Counted from the whole stretch's first letter, positions 39,056 through 51,639 are shown. The stretch is 61,875 nucleotides of DNA, filler included, from Globobulimina sp. (GCA_003354225.1; 19 parts of 19 records of this genome joined end to end with filler, not necessarily neighbours in it); one strand, 5' to 3'. A program made the numbers and translations. The notes: generated by a model from the sequence alone, not told the origin.

Positions 39056-39422
39056 NNNNNNNNNNNNNNNNNNNNNNNNNNNNNNNNNNNNNNNNNNNNT
39101 TAATTAATTAANNNNNNNNNNNNNNNNNNNNNNNNNNNNNNNNNNNNNNNNNNNNTTTCCAACAAACGTGAACCGAGATAATGGTATACAGGGGGAGGGA
39201 GGTTATCTTTTTAATATCATCGTTAAGGGGTTGTTCTTATATTGCGCAATACATTGAATACAAATTGGGACTTAGGACCTAGGTACCATGGTATTGCAAT
39301 TAAGGATCCCTTGTTGTGTTCCAGAAATGTGAAATAATCAGTTTTGAAGTACTAGTACAGTATTTAAAATCTTTAATACTATTTATAAAGCAACTTACAA
39401 CCCTTATTTCCCTCGATAGTTT

Positions 39423-40143
39423 TTACACATCCATAACATTTGCATTCGTTTTTGTTTTGGTTAATATCTCAATCTTATTTTGTAAAAAAACAATTTGATC
39501 ATACAACGCATCAAAATGTTTCTTACAATCATTAAAATTATAAATCGGAACATTTTTATTGTACATATTATCCACATTTAACTCCGAAATAGACTCTTTA
39601 CTCTCATTTGCAACCAATGGCACCTTATTAATATGTTCAATATAATTAATTTTTCGAGATCGTGGTGGAATTACTGCACTGCCATCAATTTCAACATCAG
39701 CTCCTAATGCGAGCTGTGTAGTAAATATACAAAGTATTGAATCATTTGCATGAATATATTCATTGCATCTTAACTGCAGAGCAACCGACAGTGATCCTTG
39801 AGCAAACAGATAAATTTCTAGTTTTAAAAAATTGAACATATGCATCATTCATTTGTTTATATCTCTGTGGATTATTATTTGTAATGAATATTTTTAAATT
39901 GGTTACATATTTCATTGATGTTCCACATTCATTCAATATCTTTTCTATTGATTCTAAAGTAACTGCAGTTTGCTCTGCCACTCCACCATCAATCAATTTA
40001 TTTCCTCCTGTTGTTACATCTGGGAACGCAGCGATAGTGCCAGATATCCACACAATATTATTGAACACTGATGCATGGCAAAAGGCTCCTTGGACCACTG
40101 GTAGACCGGGAACTATTACATGTCTCACTGACGTAGCTGACAT
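39423..40143 (-). CDS. RidA/YjgF/UK114-family protein with C-terminal extension
   Basis: FCHA..VWISG..EQT..LESI..IL..G; MNDAY..FF..SRITVG..|LALGADVEID; intron 39714..39774. Confidence 0.85.
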
Positions 40144-40194
40144 TATTAGCACTAGTTTACAGTGTAATATTACAAAAACTTTCACTCACACATC

Positions 40195-40518
40195 ATGACA
40201 GAACGTGCTTTACCAACTGTTGGGAACTGGACTGAACAATCTCTTGGAAGATTGGATATGGTAACATTGCAAAAGATGATGACTGCTGCCGGTAAATCAT
40301 GGAGAATCAACCATGCATTGGATGAAGACATAATGGAAATATATATTGAATCGCTTTTGGAATATCAACGACAAGAAATGGAGAGACAACAAAATGATCA
40401 GAGAATTCATGAAGAAGATAATAGAGACACTGAAGGCATGGGACTATACGGGCAGATTGGTTGTTTCTTTTTGCTGGTCGTTTGGCTCAGTGTCTCGTAT
40501 TATTTTTTTGTCTTATGA
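40195..40518 (+). CDS. Small tail-anchored hypothetical protein
   Basis: 107-aa ORF with a C-terminal TM. Confidence 0.55.
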   Translation: MTERALPTVGNWTEQSLGRLDMVTLQKMMTAAGKSWRINHALDEDIMEIYIESLLEYQRQEMERQQNDQRIHEEDNRDTEGMGLYGQIGCFFLLVVWLSVSYYFFVL

Positions 40519-40774
40519 TCGTTGCATGACTCAAAACAACCGATGTATATTGTTAGAAATTTCCAGAAAGAATCAGTACATATTATAAATAATAACTTAT
40601 TGATTGCTTCATTCGTTTCAAAACAAACACATTACAAATACAATAATGAAGAAAGGTTAAATCTAGCTCTGATCATACAAATAGAAAAGTTTTTTTGTGA
40701 AGTCCACTGACAACTGCATACTTGAACCCTGATCGTTCCTGCCGCAATATTAATATTAAAATTCTTTCGAAAAT

Positions 40775-41473
40775 ATGATATTACTCATGATATCGCTTTT
40801 CGTGCATTTGACGACAGCTAACGATTACGGTTGTAAAGCATTATACTATTTAGGACGTTATCGTGTGTTGGATGTATGTTTTAGCAAAAGCGAAGGAGGT
40901 GCATTGAGTTCACAAATGTATACCTGTAAATCTGATAAATCTGGAGTGGATATTTCAAGCTGGAGCAATGCAGATTGCAGCAGTGACCCAACAAGTACAA
41001 CAACACAAACCACGAATGCTGCAATGTTTGATTGTGAGTCTGCGTCCAACTGTGCGTATGCAATGTACAGAGCATATGTTGCAACAGTAAATGGGAACAG
41101 TTGTGTCAAAACTAGTGACTATGAAGATGATTTTTACGCAGTTGATAATTGCTTTTCAACCAAACAATGGGTTTGTGATGCAACTCAATTGTCATTTGAT
41201 CAGTATTATTTTAATATTATTGATAATTCGCAAGATGATGACGATTGTTTACAGGATGCAGTCAGTACAACAGCAGTAGCTCAAGCTGGCTGCGATGACA
41301 CTAATTCAGAATATATTGAAATAATTACATGCAGTCCATTACAGCCAACAACTACAATGGCGACCACAGGCAATGCCAATCCGACTGACAATACTGGTGC
41401 GAGTGTTAAATGTAATTATACTTTGTTAGTAATTGTGGCTTTACTTGTTTCATGTGTTACATATAATTTATAA
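40775..41473 (+). CDS. Cys-rich, probably GPI-anchored surface protein
   Basis: Signal peptide, two Cys-rich modules, Thr stalk, hydrophobic C-terminus. Confidence 0.7.
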   Translation: MILLMISLFVHLTTANDYGCKALYYLGRYRVLDVCFSKSEGGALSSQMYTCKSDKSGVDISSWSNADCSSDPTSTTTQTTNAAMFDCESASNCAYAMYRAYVATVNGNSCVKTSDYEDDFYAVDNCFSTKQWVCDATQLSFDQYYFNIIDNSQDDDDCLQDAVSTTAVAQAGCDDTNSEYIEIITCSPLQPTTTMATTGNANPTDNTGASVKCNYTLLVIVALLVSCVTYNL

Positions 41474-41574
41474 GCCAATTTGTTAGATAATAGTTTTTAT
41501 CCATTACTTCCAGTGTTTCTATCCTATTTATTGTAAGAATATCACTAGAGTGCGAGGATAGAACTTTTTTGACC

Positions 41575-42264
41575 ATGGCAAGCCCACAACGCAGTGTAAT
41601 TAAAATTGCATTATTGGGAGACAGTGGAATTGGTAAAACAACATTGATGGTTAAATATATTGAAGACCGATACGATGAAAATTATATAGAAACACTAGGA
41701 GTAAATTTTATGGAAAAAACAAAACATTTACAAGATGTTACTGTTGTGTTATCAATTTGGGATTTAGGTGGAAAGGACGAATTTGATAGTTTAATGCCGT
41801 TAGTTTGTAATGACGCAAAAGTTATATTGTTTATGTTTGATTTAACACAAACAACATCATTAATGTCGGTAGAAAAATGGCATAAAAAAGCAATCATAGA
41901 AAATGAAGTTATATATAATTATATATAAATATTTTATTTTAAAATGAATAGATATATATAGACATTCATGCCATTTATCATTGGAACGAAATTGGAATTA
42001 TATAATAAGTTTGAGGATGGTAAAAAAGAACTTATCACAAAGCAAGCTCGACAGTTTGCCATTGCAATGAATGCGTCATTGATATATTGTTCCTGTGCTA
42101 AATCGACAAATATTGAAAAAATATTTGAAATAATTCTGTTAAAACAGCAACTTTTAGACATACAAATTGATGAAATCCATGATTATAAATTAGAAGAAGC
42201 ATTGTGTGAATATGAAAGCATTGATAATAACCATATTGATGTACGTATATATGATAAATTATAA
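41575..42264 (+). CDS. Spg1/Tem1-like GTPase, 2 exons
   Basis: GDSGIGKTTLMVKY..YIETLGVNFMEK..SIWDLGG..MPLVCNDA..LFMFDLT; IGTK; AMNASLIYCS. Confidence 0.9.
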
Positions 42265-42817
42265 ACCGCTTAAATAAATGCGATAGCATTAAATTGCATT
42301 TATATATTTGATGACANNNNNNNNNNNNNNNNNNNNNNNNNNNNNNNNNNNNNNNNNNNNTTAATTAATTAANNNNNNNNNNNNNNNNNNNNNNNNNNNN
42401 NNNNNNNNNNNNNNNNTAACGGTAGAGAAAGTCTCTAAAAATTAATTTATAAGTAGCATTGTTAAAAAACTTTAATGTTTTCCAGCATCAAAAATTTTAC
42501 TGTTTTTAACTACAACTTGATTGATACAAAAAGTATGCTAATCATAAATAAAACCGGAGACATATTTCACAGATTTCTTTAGGAGTTTTATGGAATAATT
42601 GAGGCAGATTCAAGCGAATATAACCTATGATTAAGAGATGATGGTCCGAGGAATATGACGCAGGGTTTATTTCGATATCAATGGTGCTAATTGTTGGGGT
42701 TTGATTAGGGGGTTACTCAGTTACTGGCTCTTAATCCAAGCTTATTTAGCACAACAATATGGATCACAGACAGCAGACAAACTTATTACACACAAAAAAG
42801 TCTCGGGTTATTACAAT

Positions 42818-45453
42818 TTAACTAGTTTCTGATAATATATGCCATTTTGGCAAGAATGCTAGCAATAATCCACCTATATCCGGACCAAATCTTTGAATGA
42901 TAAGTTTATTTCGCATAGATGCAGCATGATATGTTTTAATCACAAAATCCGCATATTTCAAAGGCGTGGATTGCTCATCACCGAAAAACCGAAATAAATG
43001 AATATCGCAATAAACAAATTTCCAGACCGTGCTAAACAACGCAATGATTGCTGATAATATTAAAAAATAAAATACTGTCAATATTATTTGCAATGTGTTT
43101 TGTTCAATGTTAAATATGCCATAATAGTACCAATGTTGTAATAAAAATATTATTGGTAATAACACAGAATATGCAGCCAATACTAACAATAATACAGCAA
43201 TAGATATTGCACATAACATACCAATAAATTGCGAACAAAACGCAAACAGTGGAAATTCAGCAATAAACCACCTAAGCGGAGTATGAATGCATTTATAAAA
43301 TACAACAACAAAAAATACAAACATTCCTCTACCAATCCATGGTTGAACGTACAAATGATATTTATATTCAGGCCAATATGCATCATATCCGCTATATGCT
43401 GATGCCTTTGAACCTTGCGAACCAAACATAATTGAAAATGAGCTCCAACATCGAGGCAAATTCCAAGTACATGATTGTGACCTTAACTCTCCTTTTATTG
43501 TATGATAAATATTCACAATATCTTGTTTAAGAGATTTGTATAAACCATCAAAAAAAAACCATTTAAGAGCAGTACTAATTTGCCATTTAATATAATTGTT
43601 TGTATATTTATCTCTAAACACACTCCATTCCAAAATAATTTCTCTTTTAAATGTTGTCCATTTTGCTTTAAAATCAGTATTTAAAAAATCATCAATTATT
43701 TGTTCCACTTCGTCTGTAAAATGTTTCCAATTTATAATTTCTTGAATATCACGGATTGTTTCATAAAAACCTTTCTCTAATTCGCCAAATTTTAATTGTT
43801 GTTTTGTATTTAATTGACCATCGACATCATCATTATTCCACAAAAACGAAATGTCATTAATATCTAACGGAACATAAATAAATCTTAAAAAATAATAAAA
43901 TGACTTTACCAAACATTTAAGATATTTGTTATTTTTAGAGTTCAATCGTAAAACTAAAATTATTTTCACAAACAAAAAACCCCATAATCCCTTTCTTGAA
44001 AATAACAACAGTAAAACTTCAATAATCTGTCATATTTTTCATGTATATATACAGTATCTATTAGAAACAAAACAAATTAATTTAAACAAACCTGATGATA
44101 CTTTGCAAGCATTGGACAGCCTAATATTGAATAAATAAATGACAATGACATGGTCTGTGTTTCACGATATTGAGTTTCAATTACTTGACACGGATATTTT
44201 ATTCCATACGACGCAATTCCGTTACCTTTGAAAGCAAAGCTTTGTGCTGCTACTTTTGAAAGCATCCAATTTGTAATCAATAACTTTTCGTGCATCTCCT
44301 GTATCGATGATGAATTTGTTAAGAATGTAAACAATGTATTATAAAATTGAAAGGATTTATTTTGCGAATGATCGAAAACGCGCAAAACCAACAGCGGCAG
44401 CAAAGTGAATCTAATCATTAAACAAATGAGAGCTATCGGAAAAAACGTGAATGAAACAATTATTGCAACAAAAACGATTTCTGGCCATTTCCGCCACGGA
44501 TGATTCCACATTAAACGATAACTTTCGTGCACAGCCACACAAACGGCACAGAGTCCGCCAACACACACAAACTTTAATATGTGTCGCAAAATAATAAAAA
44601 AATAATAACTCGAACTCCACATTTTATAGCCATACAGCTCATATTGGAACAACTCGCCATCAGCAGAATCACTTTGCGGATTTGCACAAAATAGCCACGA
44701 AACCACACAAAATATACCAAATATATCAATAGCAAAACACAAGAAATTGAATATCGCAGTGGTACGATATATTGAATAGGATAATATGGTCCCTTTCGAA
44801 GTTACTACCATCATACTCATAAATATTGAGATTAAATTAATGTTGGACACACTGTCTGAATTCGAGGAATACATTATCAAGAACACCATTTGTAGGATGG
44901 ATTGAGGAATGGCTTCGATTACAGCTTCAATAATAAAGCCCAAATGACTCATTAATTTATGTCGAATGTAGAGCGATAACGGATCACTTTCAGTTTCATT
45001 TGAAAGTTCTTCCTCAACTTTTCTCTTTGCTGCTGGTTGGACATAGAATAGATTCCGTTTCATGTCTTTTAATATGTTTTTAAAACCAGCCCATTTATAG
45101 ACTTTATCAAAGTGCTCTGGAAATGCATCCGCGATCATTAGATATAGCGGTACTAACTGGGCAAAAGGGAGGACAGTAATGAATAATACAAAGTATTTCC
45201 TTGTTCTTTCAGAATGGCGCTCTTTGTAGGATTTGCGAGAAAATCGAGCGTCGAGCACGGGTTCCAATGATAGGCATATCAACACAGCGTATGATATTTG
45301 CGCCAAAAACAATATAAGTATACTGATCCAAAAGAATATGGTGTGGCCTTTGTTGTAAAATTGCAGTGTTACCCACACGTCGCAAAAAATGTCTACAAAT
45401 GAGAAAGCACAAATTAATCCATCATAAAACTGATCCAATAGTTTTTTCCACAT
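42818..45453 (-). CDS. XK-related (scramblase-like) membrane protein with long C-terminal extension
   Basis: SFVDIFCDVWV..FY..G..FF and EAVIEAIPQSILQ; in-frame intron 44027..44091 joins the two ORFs. Confidence 0.7.
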
Positions 45454-45912
45454 TTTGCAAATTGACTTTGGCCAACTAAGTGATTTTCGAGACCGTTACA
45501 TTTCATGTCTCCAATGTCTACACTTGTCTTTTAGATTGGCGATCCTAAATATGATTTTTACGAGGGAATTTCGTATANNNNNNNNNNNNNNNNNNNNNNN
45601 NNNNNNNNNNNNNNNNNNNNNTTAATTAATTAANNNNNNNNNNNNNNNNNNNNNNNNNNNNNNNNNNNNNNNNNNNNGAAAAAGTAAACAAAACAGAATT
45701 TATTTATGGGAAAAAAAAAACAGAAAAAAGAACAATGTAATGTGGTTTATCAAACCACATAATTGTACTTTACAGATTCACTCTTATACAGATTCATTCT
45801 GTTTTTATGCAACTCAAAAAACATCACGGAAGTTGTTTCTTTGTTTCTAACAGTTTCGATCTTTGAAGTGTTCAATCACAAAAAGTTACAATCACAAAAT
45901 CACAAAAGTCAA

Positions 45913-46869
45913 TTACATCACCATAGCAACCATCACAATAACAATAAAAAAAGTAAACAATGCTCTTAAAACAACTACCGAATTAACTACATGCTTACTT
46001 GGTGTCTGAGTGGGTGATTCAGTCCGCATTGTTGGAGATGCTGTATCTGAGGTCGGTGCTGCTGTTGGTGACCCAGTGGGAGGTGTTGGTGCTGCGGTGG
46101 TTGGTGATGCAGTGGGAGCTGTTGGTACAGCTGTTGTTGGTGATGCAGTTGTTGCAGTTGGTGCTGCTGTGGTGGGAGAAGTAACACAATACGCAATTTC
46201 ATCATATTGATAACCATGATTTTCACATGTTCCATCTATGAAAATCCCATTTTCCCGAACGGTTCCTGTATTCCCATCACATCGATTGTTAGTATATTCA
46301 ACAGCTTTTATTACCGTTGAATTACATTCATATTGTACCCATGTACTTGCTCCATTTTGGCCACACTCTCCTATCACAACTATCGTTTGTATATTATAAT
46401 TTATATTGGACTACTTCCATATTATGTGGCATGGATCATATATAGTTCATACTTGGCAATGAAACAAAATCCTCATAAATATCTGTACATAAATAACTAT
46501 TATATCTATTCAGTACAGCATACGGACAATCTAAGCCTATATAAATATATCCAATCATACAAAATTAATGAAAAAAAATGTATAGCCAATACCTGAACAT
46601 TCAACAGAGTCACCACTATCATACGGTTCTTCATAATAAAAATCTCCCTCACAGACTGTGCTAACATTCCATAGTCTAAGTACTTTGTCGCCGTTTGCAT
46701 CGCAAGTAAGTGTTGACGACGCAGGTCCACCAGTATAGAATTCCAAACAAATATCTAATGGAAATAATGGAATGGAATCATAAGCCCCGTCTCCATAAAT
46801 CGCTTTACAATCCCTGTTTGACAATGTTGAACGAATTGTAACCAAAACTAAAAGGAAGAGAACCATCAT
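45913..46869 (-). CDS. Cys-rich surface protein with Pro/Thr/Ala stalk, probably GPI-anchored, 3 exons
   Basis: Signal peptide, PLDIC..S..LTC modules like 40775..41473, SPTTAAPT repeats, hydrophobic C-terminus. Confidence 0.7.
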
Positions 46870-47020
46870 GACTTTGAAACGTTTCAGCAAAAACTTTTGT
46901 ATTCATTCAAGAAAATCCGGAATTAAAAAAATCGGGGTTCATAATAAAGTGTTTTTCGATAACATTTCTGTGTCGGCTGGACTTAGCAGTGATGTTAAAA
47001 TATATAAAACGTCTGTTTTT

Positions 47021-48837
47021 TTATAGAAAAAATGACAACAATATTTGTAATATATCCATTGACATCACATGCTTTGATAGTCCACACTCATTTTGTGTTT
47101 GATTAACATATCCAAATACCAATGGTTCAACATAAATACTTATCAAACTTGCTGGAAGTATTTGTTTTTTATAAAATGTTACTTTTTCCGCTTCATCTCT
47201 GTCTTTATAAACTTCAATTTTTTTATATTTTGCCGATAAACAAATAAAATGCATAAAAGCATTTTTACTTTCATTGATTCCAAATTGTTTACTTTCATTG
47301 ATTCCAAATTGTAGTATTTCACCTTGTTCAAAATAACCAAATTGTTGTAAAATATTTGACATTACAGGATTAAATGGAACATGTTTATTAAACAATGAAT
47401 GAATCATTTTTAAAATACGTTTAGTTGCAAAATGTTTAAAAGCTAAAGAAATATCATCAATATCTTGATTTAATAAAAACAAAATTCTAAATAAATAATC
47501 AAATCCTTTTTTATTAACCAAAAACAGTTCAATCCACTTATTTCTCTCAAAATAAATAAGTGATTCCCAAATAAATGCAACATACAACATAACACTAATA
47601 TTATTTGAATCTAACTCCATATCACATATTTTATTTTTCATTGTCGGATTAGTCGGTATTCGAAATATTAATTTTGATGCTAACTGAATAATTTCAGGAC
47701 AAAACGTGTTCTGCAAACAATCAGTATATAAAATATTAAACCATTCGTCATTATTACTTATCATCCAGCAACATAACGATTCATCCTCTTTTTCATCCGT
47801 ATCCTTTTTTTCTTCATCATCTTTATGACTTAAATCATATTTAAATCCTTGGACCAAAAAATCATTCCAAACATGATCGACTCTGTCCAGACATGCACAA
47901 CGATAAAAGTCACAAAACCCTTCAAAAGCCCATAAACCCGCATCGGTTGACCCACGGTAATGTTGCGAGAAAATCGCATGCACTCTGCTTCGGGACGCAC
48001 TATTTTGGCCAGCACCACATGCTAAAATATATGCTTTCATATCTTCATAATCCATCATTTTGTTGTCTTGTTTGGCATATTTCTCCCATATTCTTCGCAA
48101 TGCAGCAACAGCTTTGGGAACTAAATTGAAGTATAATTATATACAAATTCATGTCAACAATGGGTATGTATGGCAAATATACGCAACGTACCTAATTTCC
48201 GTGGCTTCCATTGTGTCAACAATGGCACTCTCATAGATCTGATGTCAGCCAAAGTACACTGGATTTTTGCGTCATCATTGATTCCATGTTCACTCAAAGT
48301 GTCTGAATTTAAATCTAAACTATGTCCTTCGAAAAATACATTAACTATTTCCGGATATACAGCAGCGCCACCTTGCACTTTTGAGACTATTTTCATTTTC
48401 AAATCCCACAAAGTATTATATTCATTAATATCATCAATCACAAATTGCGGCGGTTGGCCAAAACCGCCAAAATGTATTCGATTAATCACATTTACTTTCA
48501 ATTTATCACCGAATATTAAAGCTTTGTGAATTTTTAAGCCTTTGAAACCAGATTTTTCCGTTTCGGTCAATAAATTATCTAAAAATTGTAATAACACTAT
48601 TTTAATATGTTGGTTACTGTGTTTATCATTAAATGCGTTCATCACTCGTTGTAAAGTACTGTTGTGAATGCTTTTCATTTTCTTTTTATTTTCGTTGGAT
48701 AAATTTTGAGTCAACTTTGCGTAGAAACTCGTTGATTTTTGCGTAATGTCGGCGTTTTTTGAATGTATGATAATATTCCATAATATATCAATACCGATTA
48801 ACTTGTCATAGTCTAAAACAGTAAACGTTGGACTAAC
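47021..48837 (-). CDS. Protein with ubiquitin-like and EF-hand-like domains resembling the non-catalytic region of large protist USP deubiquitinases; 5'-partial
   Basis: NTLWDLK.KI..G..L..DTLSEHGI (UBL); M.YED..YI..C..FEGF..FY..VWNDF..GF.YDL; no USP Cys box before the stop. Confidence 0.55.
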
Positions 48838-48937
48838 NNNNNNNNNNNNNNNNNNNNNNNNNNNNNNNNNNNNNNNNNNNNTTAATTAATTAANNNNNNN
48901 NNNNNNNNNNNNNNNNNNNNNNNNNNNNNNNNNNNNN

Positions 48938-49008
48938 TACCAACTGAGCTACATAGATGATAAATCATCTACACCTGGAATCGAACCAGAGACCATCGTA
49001 TTAAAAGT
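48938..49008 (-). tRNA. tRNA-Lys(UUU)-like sequence with the 3' half preceding the 5' half (permuted gene or tandem-array edge); cut by the contig end
   Basis: Minus strand: A-CTTTTAA-TACGA-TGGTC-TCTGG TTCGATT CCAGG-TGTAGAT-G, spacer ATTTATC, then ATCTATG-TAGCTCAGTTGGTA. Confidence 0.7.
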
Positions 49009-49236
49009 GAAAACAAGGTTGTGGGTGGATGCCATGCAAGATAGCAGGCACATATTCTATTATTGAATTACCAAGTCTTTTGTTTGCGTTTTTACATATT
49101 GTGTTTCTGTGTTGTATATAAACTTGACAATTATTATTGCATTACATTCATGGTACAAAATCAATGCGATTTATAACATTTTTATTTGCAAATGAGATCG
49201 CTTCTACAGCATCAATTCACGTTTTCTTGATGAGTC

Positions 49237-50463
49237 ATGACTAACAGGCATAGTCATAAAAAAAAACCTCAACTGAATCACTTAAATTACAATAACCAAA
49301 TCACAACCAAACGTTCATTGATGATTCCAATGGACACCGTGAGCAATAAAACGCAGATTTTTTACACCAAAAAGATCCATCCATTCCGATCAGCAGTATG
49401 CGATTGGTTTCTTATTTTATGTTTATTGATTGTTACAGGATTACTGGAAGCACCAAACCGCAAACCATATCAGCAATGCATCCCAGGACTCACCGGTCAA
49501 TCTGACAACACCTGGCCATGCGGAAAAAATAAAGATCCAGAAATGCAATATCCATATAAACCAAATTCCGTTTCTGAGACATTACTATTTCTCCTTTCAT
49601 TCGGTCCATGGATATTCACCATAGCGATTAACATAATATTTCTGTATTGTTCTGATAAAATGTATAAACATGGCACTGTTTTTAAAAACGTCGAAGTCCT
49701 GTTACGTATGGTGCTATTTTCGGCGAGCGGCACCGAAGTATGTACTGTGCATAAACAATATAAATATATGACCATTAATCTGCTGTTTTTAACGTAATTG
49801 CATACCCAAAAGGCGTTGGTGTCAGTGATAAAGTTTTCTGTCGGCAGACCGCGACCAAACTATTTTGCGTTGATGCAGCCATCGCGCAGTGAGAGCGACC
49901 ATAAACAAGCAATCATGTCCTTTCCCTCTGGCCATGCTTCCTTATCCTTTTCATTGTTATTTTTGTTGAGTTTGAACTTATTTTCAGCGATGAATTATGT
50001 TCAAACTCGATTTAAAAAAGAAAATAAACCAACATTACGCATTTCGATTAACAATAAACATTCATATTTTTATTCCAAATTGTGGTGGATATTGCGATCG
50101 TATTTAATATTGTCAATTCTTTTGGTATTGATGCCAACATTCATTGCAATTTACATTGCCTGTACACGGCTTACTGACTATTGGCATCATTATGGCGATG
50201 TTGCTGTTGGCTCATTGCTTGGTATCGGAGGTGCTTCCATTTCGTTTCTCATTTATCGCGGTCAATTATATGCATTTAATAGCAATGATTATGAGCAGAA
50301 ATTCATTAAATCAGAGATTGATCGACGTCGAGAATTGAACATAAATCGTAGTGATAAATCGAGTTTACGTTATTTATTGGACGGAGATGAGCCTACAAAC
50401 GATATTGTTGTTGATACGGACTTGAATAAAGCACAGATAAATACCCAACCGTGTGTAGAATAA
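49237..50463 (+). CDS. PAP2 lipid phosphate phosphatase, 2 exons
   Basis: KFSVGRPRP, SFPSGH, TRLTDYWHHYGD. Confidence 0.9.
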
Positions 50464-50723
50464 TGTGCTTTAATCGGACTACATCGGATCAATTAATATA
50501 TGGCTAAAAAACACATATTGTTTGTAATTTGTGTGTTATTTATTTTTGGTTTTGTTTTAAAATAATGGTTGAAGCTGCAATGAGCTAAGCTGCATGGATT
50601 TAAACTCACCGTCACTGACTCTATTTTTGTTCCTAACAAGTTAATTGCGAATATGTTACAAATATGTATGTTACAAATATGATGTTATTTGATATACAGT
50701 AAAACGTTTTTTAATTTCCATTA

Positions 50724-51606
50724 TCAATACTCTTCATACGCGTTCATTGGCGATACATATGGTTTTTGATGTTGTTTATTTGTTGGAATTTCCCCACCAT
50801 CTCCAGATAACTCAGATTGATTCTTTGTTGTTATTGGTACATCCATTACATTGGCGGTACTGTTATTTACTTCATTTACCCCTTCTTGCAACTGTGCATG
50901 TAACGCCTTATAATATGCCATTAATTGCCATAACACACCACACATAAACACAGTAAAGCTGTCCGCGAATACCATTCGAATATACGGCTCAAGTGAACAT
51001 GAATCAATCTCAATGATTTCGTTATCGCATTGTACAGTTAATATTGCATAGGTTTCTGATCCGACTGTTACTTCAAAATTATTATCACAAACTTCCTTTC
51101 CTGCACTGTTTTTTTATTCCATTCCTCAATCAAATAATACAGAATTACAAACAAATATTTCTTAACATTAAAGAGGAACAGTCTGTCACCAAAGTAGTAA
51201 ATAAAAGAGTTAATGTTATAAATAATAAAATTCTGCTTAGCCAAATAAATTTCATTTTTTTCATTGAAATTAGCATTCCAATCATTACAATAATAAATAT
51301 AGATAATGATACAAAGCGTAAACTTGTATTTTTTGACGACCATGAACAATATCCATAACATTCTGTACCACTTTGCATTGTGCCGCTCACCGAAAAAGGT
51401 AACATTGGCTGAATTACATCGTTATGGGTGCACGCATCAACCATTCCATCTGCTGATTTGAGCTGGGTTAAGGATAAAACAAAACAGATAATTGCTGATA
51501 TTATCGATATTGCGGTCACTAAATATGTTGCAATATCTGATCTTGCGATGGTTTTACATATTTTATCTGATGAAATTGAACTGCATATTTGTTCACAAGT
51601 AGCCAT
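50724..51606 (-). CDS. 4-TM protein with Cys-containing extracellular loops, 2 exons
   Basis: ORFs 51145..51606 and 50724..50975 join in frame via a short GT-AG intron. Confidence 0.6.
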
Positions 51607-51639
51607 TTTTAAGCTTTACTTAAGCCGTTTTTCAGATCA

